Shown in pieces: positions 12,295 through 22,800 of a stretch of DNA of 64,000 bases (positions within the stretch are counted from its first letter, which is position 1; each line of letters starts with the position of its first letter). The stretch is from NCBI GenBank assembly GCA_950097015.1, contig CATNEN010000039.1:12338001-12402000 (forward strand). The letters run 5' to 3'. A program made the translations under genes and the position numbers. Source of the DNA: Macrostomum hystrix. Its lineage: Eukaryota; Animalia; Platyhelminthes. The notes beneath the pieces were generated by a model. The model was not told the DNA's origin and ran no database searches. It was given only the letters and a program-made list of their open reading frames with translations.

Positions 12295-13212
12295 ATGCTG
12301 TGTTTTCGGCACTTGCTGTATCGGTGTGACAGCACCTTGGCGGCCTCGTTCAGTCACAGATATTACAGCTACATCCAGGGCCAGAGCTCGGAGAAGGGCG
12401 TCAGGGAGTACTTCTATTTTATCGATCATCAGGGCCAGCTGTTTCTCGACGATGCTAGAATGAAGAACTTTACCTCGTGTTTTAAAGGTGCTTTCATTAT
12501 ACGTGTCTCCTACTAACCCTGTCTCCTAAACCCATGTCATCAGGTGATAATTGGAGCTGACCCTGTCTCCTACTCCCGTGTCATCAGGTGATAGTTAGGG
12601 TGTCCTATTTTCTACTCTCGTGTGTTTTCCAGTGACAAATGCTTGTCTCAGTTACCACTGCTGTTACCTGTGCCATGGCCCGCAAACTCCTCAATTTGAG
12701 CAGAGCACAAATTCTTGGCATTCTTCTTCTCGCGGCTGCGGGTGAACAACACGGACCGCTACAGACAGGATTTTCCGTGGCTGTCTCCGTGCGGCCCCGA
12801 GCGAAATTACATCAGGTGCGACGATCAGCCAATTGTTTTCACCCACCTGTTAGACAATGCCCAGCACAATGACCAGTGCTGGCTGCTGTACAATCACTGC
12901 GGGGACCAGCTGAAGGTGGCCTTCCAGCCAGACGGTGTTTGCATGCACCCGCTCACTGGGCGGGTCTATCATCCCGCCGAGTCGCGGCACGGCGGTGTTG
13001 GTCTCATCCGCTCTCAGCTGGCTATTCAGCTATCCGCTAACTTTGTTTGGCGCAGCAGTCCGAGCGACACCGACCTGAGTAGGTCAACTCCGACTCACTT
13101 CTCTTGGCGAGGTCGCGAGCACGAGATTGACGACGGCTTGTTGAAGACTCTAGATGCCCGAGAGCCACGATTCAAGGGAATGTTTGTCGGAGTTTGCGAC
13201 GATACTTTGTAA
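12295..13212 (+). CDS. C8orf82: UPF0598 / C8orf82-like protein; 2 exons
   Basis: Exons 12295-12487 and 12704-13212 (phase 1). YIQGQS..REYFYFIDHQGQLFLDDARMKNFTSCFK-EHKFLAFFF..NNTDRY..FPWLSPCGPERNYIRCDDQPIVFTHL..GRVYHPA..GGVGLIRS match the family as I recall it. The start codon is inferred. Confidence 0.88.
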
Positions 13213-13267
13213 ACAATTGTGCAACCTGTTTTCTTATCTTTTCTATTAATCATACTTGGTCATCATA

Positions 13268-13598
13268 TCCATGCTCCCAGATCCTCAGGTTCAGGTCTTC
13301 AGTATCATGCTCCCAGATCCTCAGGTTCGGTTCTTCAGTATCATGCTCCCAGATCCTCAGGTTCCGGTCTTCAGTATCATGCTCCCAGATCCTCAGGTTC
13401 AGGTCTTCAGTATCATGCTCCCAGATCCTCAGGTTCAGGTCTTCAGTATCATGCTCCCAGATCCTCAGGTTCAGGTCTTCAGTATCATGCTCCCAGATCC
13501 TCAGGTTCGGGTCTTCAGTATCATGCTCCCAGATCCTCAGGTTCGGGTCTTCAGTATCATGCTCCCAGATCCTCAGGTTCGGGTCTTCAGTATCATGC
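13268..13598. repeat. 36-bp minisatellite downstream of the C8orf82 stop
   Basis: Unit CATGCTCCCAGATCCTCAGGTTCAGGTCTTCAGTAT; ~9 copies. Confidence 0.95.
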
Positions 13599-14542
13599 TT
13601 CATTACTTATCGGTGTATGAGATCCACACAAAATTATATTTATTTATGTCAAATGTAAATTAGCTGTTTTTAATCCTTCATTTTGTTGCTATAAATGATT
13701 TTGCTCATTTTACTTTTTTTTTATTGCTTTCATGTAAAATAGAACCCTAACTCCAAGCAAGAAAGTGCATTATGACTGTCTGAAGAATCTTTATTGACTC
13801 CGTTTTTTGTTATATAAAAAGATGAAAATGTGTTCTGATCTAATCTTGTCTAGAAGTTAAATCTGCTTTAAAAATTGAGATCTTTATCAAGTAATGATAC
13901 GTACAGGCAATGAATAATGAACCGTCTAAGTTATAGTGCGCAATTTATTTAAGTAGTTTTTGTGCGACGAATATAATACGTTTTGGCTTGACAGAAATTG
14001 AGGTTCAAATTGTTACTTTTTTGTTCTGTAGGCCAGTTCGTACGCTTCTCTCAGTTGTAGATACCAGTTCCAGCGCTGGACGCTATTATCACATGCCTGA
14101 TGCGTGATCAATGTACGCTGACGGGCAAACCACTGCCTAGGACACTTGTGTGGCTATTTTTAGCTCTTGCTTAAGGCAGGGAGCTGCGTACATTCTTTTT
14201 AGCATAGGGGCGAGAATGCGAAGTTGCGTACGAACAGCGCGTACATTAAAGAACAATCTTTATCAAGCCCTGCCTCAGCCACAAGTTTTTACTCAATGGA
14301 CCTGAAAAATGAAGTTCCAGTCCAAAGATTCTTCATAATTCGTTTCTATTTCAAGCCATAAAATATTACCCTTCGAAGCGCTGTGGCCTGTGAGCATCGA
14401 CCACGGCTTCACCGCGTGTCCGCTGCACGTTTCGTTGTATATAATAACGCAATCTGAAATCTTTAATTTATTACAATTATTTTATTACAATTGAAAAGCC
14501 TAGAGAAGATTTGGTTTTATTTTAGAACTTGAAGACAGCGAC

Positions 14543-16739
14543 ATGCTTCCAGGACTCGCTGCTCGTCTGACGCGCTGTCTTGCTGGCCGAGCGGGTGTTG
14601 TTAAACTTTCAAATTGCTGCCAATTCAGCAGCAGCAGCAGCAGCCCAGCAGGCGCTTCATCGTCTAATGATTACGAAATTGACGGCGATGGCGGATCGCA
14701 GGAAATTATAAGCACAAATGGCGGCGTATTTTCAGGCCTGACGCCGGATTTTCCTTGCGCAGTCGGCAATCCGTCTAGCGGCCCGGAGCCGACTTATTCC
14801 AGTGTGCCGCCAAACAGTTACAAAATCTTTGATCATTCCGACACTTTCTGTCTAGAGCTGAACTCTGGCAGACTGCCAGGCTTTCGTCTGGCCTACGAAA
14901 CCTGGGGCAGTCTGGACTCGGAGGCCAGCAACGCCATTCTGCTCTGCACCGGCCTCTCTGCTTCGTCGCACGCCCACAGCCACCAGCAGAATCCAGCAAA
15001 GGGCTGGTGGGAGGCCTTCATTGGGCCCGGCTGCGCCTTGGATACCGACAAATTCTTCGTCATCTGCGCCAACCTGCTTGGCAGCTGTTTCGGCAGCACC
15101 GGACCGTCCAGCGTTAATCCAGAGACTGGCGATCCGTACGCAACCACCTTCCCGGTGGTGACGGTTACAGATCTGGTACGATCGCAGTTCCTGCTGCTAG
15201 ACCGGCTGGGTATTCAACGACTGCATGCGGCTGTGGGATCCTCGCTAGGCGGTATGCTGTCGCTGGCTTCCGCTGTGGAATATCCCGATAGAGTTAATCG
15301 GTGAGATCAACAGCTGGGCGATGACTGTGTACCAACACCTGTCAGTAATCCCATTACCTGTCAGTGACAATCCCACACATGTGAGTGACAATCCCCTACC
15401 TGTCAGTGACAATCCCACACCTGTGAGTGACAATCCCCTACCTGTCAGTGACAATCCCACACCTGTCAGTGACAATCACATACCTGTCCGTGACAATCAC
15501 ACCTGTCAGTGACAATCCCATACCTGTCAGTGACAATCCCATTACCTGTCAGTGACAATCCCACACCTGTGAGTGACAATACCATACCTGTCAGTGACAA
15601 TCCTATACCTGTCAGTGACAACTATCAGTCAATCACAATGTCCAATGCCTGTCAGTCACACTGTCCCATGCCTGTCAATCACAATGCCCCATGCCTGTCA
15701 CTCACACTGTCCCATGCCTGTCAGTCACACTGTCCCATGCCTGTCAGTCACAATGTCCCATGCTTGTCAGTCACACTGTCCCATGCCTGTCAGTCACACT
15801 GTCCCATGCCTGTCAGTCACAATGTCCCATGCTTGTCAGTCACACTGTCCCATGCCTGTCAATCACACTGTCCCATGCCTGTCAGTCACAATGTCCCATG
15901 CTTGTCAGTCACAATGTCCCATGCCTGTCAGTCACAATGTCCCATGCTTGTCAGTCACACTGTCCCATGCCTGTCAGTCACACTGTCCCATGCCTGTCAG
16001 TCACAATGTCCCATGCTTGTCAGTCACACTGTCCCATGCCTGTCAATCACACTGTCCTCCAAAATTTGTCAATCACTAACAGGCTAGCCTTATAATCAGT
16101 CAGCAGAAAAGTACATATAAAAGGACCACCACTTTTTTCCGCAGGCTGATCTCAATCTCGTCAGCCAGCTATAGCCACCCCACCTCCATAGCGATGCGCT
16201 ACCTGCAGCGCAAGGCCATCATGACAGATCCCCACTGGCGCACCGGTCGATACTACGGCTCGGATTATCCCAAAACTGGCATGAAACTGGCCAGGGAAAT
16301 CGCCACGCTAACCTACCGCAGCGGCCCGGAATGGGAGACCAGATTCGGCCGCCGGAGACTAAATCCTTCGACGCCCCAGTCTGTGAGCCTCTGTCCGACA
16401 TTTGTAATTGAACAGTACCTGGACTATCAGGGCGAGGCTAGTTCTGTTCGGCTAGACCCAAACAGCCTTCTCTACCTCAGCAAAGCCATGGACCTGTTTG
16501 ACGCTGAGAATCGACTGGATCGTGTGGCATGTCCGGCTATGATTCTTGGTGTTCAGTCGGACATACTGTTCCCTGTTGAACAGCAACGACAACTAGCCCA
16601 GCGTCTTCGCGACATTGGCAAATGCCGACGCGTGACCTACTTTGAGCTAACCTCTCTGTACGGCCACGACACCTTCCTGTTGGATGTACACAATGTTGGC
16701 ACCGCTGTCAAAGGCTTCCTGGAGACTGATCACGCCTAA
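14543..16739 (+). CDS. MetX-family alpha/beta-hydrolase acyltransferase, Cys2-type serine O-succinyl/acetyltransferase, probably mitochondrial; 2 exons
   Basis: Exons 14543-15300 and 16145-16739 (phase 2). Motifs: [45 protein letters not shown], nucleophile GSSLGGM, SDILFP (Asp), GHDTFL (His). The N-terminus is Arg-rich and lacks acidic residues, like a transit peptide. Confidence 0.92.
15338..16058. repeat. Compound minisatellite (~21-bp CCTGTCAGTGACAATCCCACA, then 23-bp CCTGTCAGTCACACTGTCCCATG) filling the intron of the Cys2-like gene
   Basis: Direct reading. Confidence 0.93.
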
Positions 16740-16885
16740 CTCGGCTCTTGGTGTCAGTTCTAGGAAAGTTTCTCTGCCGCATTATATTCTGCTCTGAAAC
16801 TGGGGAAATCATGATTATTATCTTTCCACCTGTCTCATCTCATCGTGTCTCATCTTTCTACCCCTCGTGTCTTATCTTTCTACCC

Positions 16886-17559
16886 CAGGGGTCGGCAAAC
16901 TCCGGCCCGCGGGCCAGATGCGGCCCTCGAAGCTCCCAAATCCGGTCCGTTGCCCCTTCTGACATCTACAGTGTCCTGTTTCATCTCTCTCGGTCTAATC
17001 TCTCCCGTGTCTCATCTCTCCAGTGTCTTATCTCTCCACTGTCTTATCTTACCCGTGTCTCATCTCTCCAGTGTCTCATCTCTCCAGTGTCTCATCTCTC
17101 CCGTGTCTTATCTCTCCACTGTCTTATCTTACCCGTGTCTCATCTCTCCCGTGTCTCATCTCTCGCGTGTCTAATCTCTCGCGTGTCTAATCTCTCGCGT
17201 GTCTAATCTCTCCCGTGTCTCATCTCTCCCGTGTCTCATCTCTCCAGTGTCTCATCTCCCCCGTGTCTTATCTCTCCCGTGTCTCATCTCTCCACTGTCT
17301 TATCTTACCTGTGTCTCATCTCTCCAGTGTCTCATCTCCCCCGTGTCTCATCTCTCCCGTGTCTCATCTCTCCCGTGTCTCATCTCTCCCGTGTCTCATC
17401 TCTCCTGTGTCTAATCTCTCGCGTGTCTCATCTCTCCCGTGTCTAATCTCTCCCGTGTCTCATCTCTCCCCTATCTCATATTTATACAGTCAATGCGGCC
17501 CGCTGTCGTCTTTTAGGTTCTCTCTTTGGCCCGCCAGCAAATAAGTTTGCCTACCCCTG
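16886..17559. mobile_element. Non-autonomous hAT (Charlie-like) MITE carrying an internal 16-bp minisatellite
   Basis: TIRs CAGGGGTCGGCAAACT / AGTTTGCCTACCCCTG, subterminal GGCCCG motifs, and a perfect 8-bp TSD TTCTACCC at 16878-16885 and 17560-17567. Confidence 0.9.
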
Positions 17560-18643
17560 TTCTACCCTCTCGTTTCTTATCTTTCTACCCTCCCAGGTCT
17601 TATCTTTCTACCCTCTCGTTTCTTATCTTTCTAACCTCCCAGGTCTTATCGTTCTACCCTCTCGTTTCTTATCTTTCTACCCTCTCGTGTCTCTTATCTT
17701 TCTACCCTCTCGTTTCTTATCTTTCTACCCTCTCGTTTCTTATCTTTCTACCCTCTCGTGTCTCTTATCTTTCTACCCTCTCGTTTCTTATCTTTCTACC
17801 CTCTCGTTTCTTATCTTTCTACCCTCTCGTTTCTTATCTTTCTACCCTCTCGTGTCTCTTATCTTTCTACCCTCTCGTTTCTTATCTTTCTACCCTCTCG
17901 TGTCTCTTATCTTTCTACCCTCTCGTGTCTTATCTTTCTACACTCTCGTGTCTCTTATCTTTCTACCCTCTCGTTTCTTATCTTTCTACCCTCTCGTTTC
18001 TTATCTTTCTACCCTCTCGTGTCTCTTATCTTTCTACCCTCTCGTTTCTTATCTTTCTACCCTCTCGTGTCTCTTATCTTTCTACCCTCTCGTTTCTTAT
18101 CTTTCTACCCTCTCGTGTCTCTTATCTTTCTACCCTCTCGTGTCTTATCTTTCTACACTCTCGTGTCTCTTATCTTTCTACCCTCTCGTTTCTTATCTTT
18201 CTACCCTCTCGTTTCTTATCTTTCTACCCTCTCGTGTCTCTTATCTTTCTACCCTCTCGTTTCTTATCTTTCTACCCTCTCGTGTCTCTTATCTTTCTAC
18301 CCTCTCGTGTCTTATCTTTCTACACTCTCGTGTCTCTTATCTTTCTACCCTCTCGTTTCTTATCTTTCTACCCTCTCGTGTCTTTTTTTTCTACCCTCTC
18401 GTTTCTTATCTTTCTACCCTCTCGTTTCTTATCTTTCTACCCTCTCGTTTCTTATCTTTCTACCCTCTCGTGTCTCTTATCTTTCTACCCTCTCGTTTCT
18501 TATTTTTCTACCCTCTCGTGTCTCTTATCTTTCTACCCTCTCGTTTCTTTTTTTTCTACCCTCTCGTGTCTCTTATCTTTCTACCCTCTCGTGTCTTACC
18601 TTTCTACCCTCTCGTGTCTTATCTTTCTACCCTCTCGTGTCTC
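17560..18643. repeat. 23/25-bp pyrimidine-rich minisatellite (CTTTCTACCCTCTCGTTTCTTAT)
   Basis: Direct reading. The first units lie at ~16850-16885, left of the inserted MITE. Confidence 0.95.
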
Positions 18644-19164
18644 ACGGCGGTACCCAATGAAAACTAATAGACAGTTTCATTTACTGCCAGTGTAAATATG
18701 TGTTGCGCCAAGTAAGATTAAATCCACTCTTTTCGCCAGCTGTCTTAATAGTCTTAATTAAAGCTAACTTGTTATTGTTAACATGGTCTCATTCGATTGT
18801 TGTAATAAAAAGTTTCGCGGTAAATTAATCTATATTTGTCGTGCTATTGTTATCAGAACCAAGAACCAAGAATCAAGAATCAAGAATAAAAATGTTCTGC
18901 TTACAAAAGTGTAAGCATATTCTATGCTCTGGTTTTTTAGCTTATTAGTCGCATCGACTCTTGTTAGATATATTTTCCAAAAAGTTGTTCCGATTAATCA
19001 AAGATAGAACGAGAAAAAAATAGATAATTACTCGTATTTTCTTGTGGATATCACAAATTTGAAAATGTCAACTGGTATGGGATTTTAATCCCCTAGCTAA
19101 TCTATTAATCTTTTTAACTGCCACAGCTTGTTTCTTTCTTCCAAATATCCCGTATATTTTCTAA

Positions 19165-19780
19165 ATCTCCTACCTGTCTTCCCAATCTCCCACCTGTCTT
19201 TCCAAGCTCCTACCTGTCTTCCCTATTACCCGCCTGTTTTCCCAAACTCATACCTGTCTTCCTGAACTCATAAATGTCTTCCCCAACTCATACCTGTCTT
19301 CCCCAACTCATACCTGTCTTACCAAACTCATACCTGTCTTACCAAACTCATACCTGTCTTACCAAACTCATACCTATCTTCCCAAACACATGCCTGTCTT
19401 CCCAAACACATGCCTGTCTTCCCTAACTCATACCTGTCTTCCCGAACTCATAACTGTCTTCCCCAACTCATACCTGTCTTCCCAAATTCCTACCTGTCTT
19501 CCAAATCTCACATCTGCCTTCCCAAATTCCCACCTGTCTTCCCAATCCCACAACTATCTTCCCAATCTCACAACTGTCTTCCCAATCTCACATCTGTCTT
19601 CCCAATCTCACATCTGTCTTCCCAATCCCACAACTATCTTCCCAATCTCACAACTGTCTTCCCAATCTCACAACTGTCTTCCCAATCTCACATCTGTCTT
19701 CCCAATCTCACAACTGTCTTCCCAATCTCACAACTGTCTTCCCAATCTCACAACTGTCTTTCCAAACTCCTACCGTCTTT
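19165..19780. repeat. 20-bp minisatellite (CCCAATCTCACAACTGTCTT)
   Basis: Direct reading. Confidence 0.93.
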
Positions 19781-19889
19781 CTTAATTGCAGCAGCTTTTT
19801 CAATATTCAATAGAACGAATAGTTAAGTATTCTATTTGCCGTAATGTATTTTATTTTAATTGCAGCCAGCAGCCATTGCACATGTGCTC

Positions 19890-22800
19890 TCATTTTGAGT
19901 CGTGCGCAGAAATTGTTTTTAACCAGCTCTGGGGCTCGGGTCGAACGCGGTTGTTGTAGCCCCGGTGGTGCGACTTGTCGAATAGTCTATGGTAATAAGC
20001 CCTCAGACGGTCCGCGACGCTCGGCTCGTCTTCTTCGAGCTGAAATTAGTTGTGAATAACGAATTCCTAAATGCGGGTTTCATGCGAGACTTGGAGGACA
20101 GAAGACGGGAAGGGCTTCGGGTTGAAGGAGAATAAGATTGGAGGGGCTCGGGTGCGCAGGACTTTGCGAAGGACGGGAAAGGTTTGGGACAGCGAGGGGA
20201 GAAGACAGGAAGGGTTTGGGACTGAGAGGGGAGAAGAAAGGAAGGGTTTGGGACAGAGAGGGGAGAAGACAGGAAGGGTTTGGGACAGAGAGGGGAGAAG
20301 ACAGGAAGGGTTTGGGACAGAACGGGGAGAAGACAGGAAGTGTTTTGGACAGAAAGGAAAGAAGACAGGAAGGGTTTGGGACTGAGAGGGGAGAAGACAG
20401 GAAGGGTTTGGGACAGAACGGGGAGAAGACAGGAAGTGTTTTGGACAGAAAGGAAAGAAGACAGGAAGGGTTTGGGACTGAGAGGGGAGAAGACAGGAAG
20501 GGTTTGGGACAGAACGGGGAGAAGACAGGAAGGGTTTGGGACAGAGAGGGGAGAAGACAGGAAGGGTTTGGGACAGAAAGGAAAGAAGACAGGAAGGGTT
20601 TGGGACAGAATGGGGAGAAGACAGGAAGTGTTTGGGACAGAAAGGAAAGAAGACAGGAAGTGTTTGGGACAGAAAGGAAAGAAGACAGGAAGGGTTTGGG
20701 ACAGAAAGGAAAGAAGACAGGAAGGGTTTGGGACAGAACGGGGAGAAGACAGGAAGGGTTTGGGACAGAACGGGGAGAAGACAGGAAGGGTTTGGGACAG
20801 AACGGGGAGAAGACAGGAAGTGTTTGGGACAGAAAGGAAAGAAGACAGGAAGGGTTTGGGACAGAAAGGAAAGAAGACAGGAAGGGTTTGGGACAGAAAG
20901 GAAAGAAGACAGGAAGGGTTTGGGACAGAACGGGGAGAAGACAGGAAGTGTTTGGGACAGAAAGGAAAGAAGACAGGAAGTGTTTGGGACAGAAAGGAAA
21001 GAAGACAGGAAGGGTTTGGGACAGAACGGGGAGAAGACAGGAAGGGTTTGGGACAGAGAGGGGAGAAGACAGGAAGGGTTTGGGACAGAAAGGAAAGAAG
21101 ACAGGAAGTGTTTGGGACAGAAAGGAAAGAAGACAGGAAGGGTTTGGGACAGAAAGGAAAGAAGACAGGAAGGGTTTGGGACAGAACGGGGAGAAGACAG
21201 GAAGGGTTTGGGACAGAACGGGGAGAAGACAGGAAGGGTTTGGGACAGAACGGGGAGAAGACAGGAAGTGTTTGGGACAGAAAGGAAAGAAGACAGGAAG
21301 GGTTTGGGACAGAAAGGAAAGAAGACAGGAAGGGTTTGGGACAGAAAGGAAAGAAGACAGGAAGGGTTTGGGACAGAACGGGGAGAAGACAGGAAGGGTT
21401 TGGGACAGATCACGTTTTCAATAATCGGTGTTAATAATATATTATTGTAAATAAACCAAATAACATTTACCAATTATTGCCGTACAGGTTCTAAGCTACA
21501 AATATTTGACTTGGTGCGTGAAAATATCATTGATTTACCGATCGATCTGTGTCGCAATCGTCTAGGCTAGCTAAATATAGCAATACAAAACAAGTCTGAC
21601 CAATCACCAACATCTCTTATTAACGAGCTTAAATAACATAGATAAAAATAATTCTGTTGCAAACCAACTGCTGTACATGGGTTGAATGAGTCGCGACTCA
21701 CAATTTGTTTTCATTCTGACGCAGCTTCTGTCTCCGCTATTTGAGCACGAAAAGAAGCACTTTTAGTTAGTAATATGTAGTAGTTGCTTTATACGCTCGT
21801 GTGTGATTTCGCTGTGAAGAAAAACTGTTTGGCTAATAAGGCGCTTCACATTTACCCGAGTTTTTTGCTATTTTGCAACAAATTTTCTGCGTTGTTTAAA
21901 CGTTAGAAAAATTCCTAAAAAAGTATTAGTTATTAACTTACCTCTTTCAAAAATCACTCGAAACTTTATATCTCCCAGACTTCCTCTTCCCCTACTCCTT
22001 TCTTCGATAACTCTTATTTTCGCTTCCTTCTTCTATTTTCCATCTTCCCCCTTCCCCTATCTCTCCCCCCTCCCCCTACCTCTCCCCTCTTCCTTCTCCC
22101 CTCTTCCTTCTTCTCTCTTCCCTCTTCTCTCTTCCCTCTTCCCTCTTCCCTCTTCCCTCTTCCCTCTTCCCTCTTCCCACTTCCCTCTTCCCTCTTCCCT
22201 CTGCCCTCTTCCCTCTTCCCTCTGCCCTCTTTCCTCTTTCCTCTTTCCTCTTTCCTCTTCCCTCTTCCCTCTTCTCTCTTCCCTCTTTCCTCTTTCTTCT
22301 TCTCACTTTCCTCTTCCCTCTTCCCTCTTCCCTCTTCCCTCTTCCCTCTTCCCTCTTCCCTCTTCCCTCTTCCCTCTTCCCTCTTCCCTCTTCCCTCTTC
22401 CCTCTTCCCTCTTCCCTCTTCCCTCTGCCCTCTTCCCTCTTCCCTCTTCCCTCTTCCCTCTGCCCTCTTTCCTCTTTCCTCTTTCCTCTTTCCTCTTTCC
22501 TCTTTCCTCTTTCCTCTTCCCTCTTCCCTCTTCTCTCTTCCCTCTTTCCTCTTTCTTCTTCTCTCTTTCCTCTTCCCTCTTCCCTCTTCCCTCTTCCCTC
22601 TTCCCTCTTCCCTCTTCCCTCTTCCCTCTTCCCTCTTCCCTCTTTCCTCTTCCCTCTTTCCTCTTTCCTATTTCCTCTTTCCTATTTCCCATTTCCTCTT
22701 TCCTCTTTCCTCTTTCATCTCCCCTCTTTGATTTTTCCTCTTCTCTCTACCCTTAACTTCCTTCCTCTTAAAAACAAATTCGTATTTTATTTTTTTAGTT

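Noticed and set aside
13985-14272. Degenerate inverted repeat (GTTCGTACGC / GCGTACGAAC; right end TTTATCAAGCCCTG)
   Set aside because: Possibly an old MITE, but the left TIR and TSD cannot be defined.
14543-16739. Bacterial contamination or recent HGT of metX; methionine biosynthesis in an animal
   Set aside because: The gene has a spliceosomal intron filled with a host-type satellite, a transit-peptide-like leader and the serine-type TGLSA motif.
17526-21473. Several 300-470 aa ORFs in multiple frames
   Set aside because: They are open in several frames because the 23/25-bp and 32-bp repeat units lack stop codons; artefacts.
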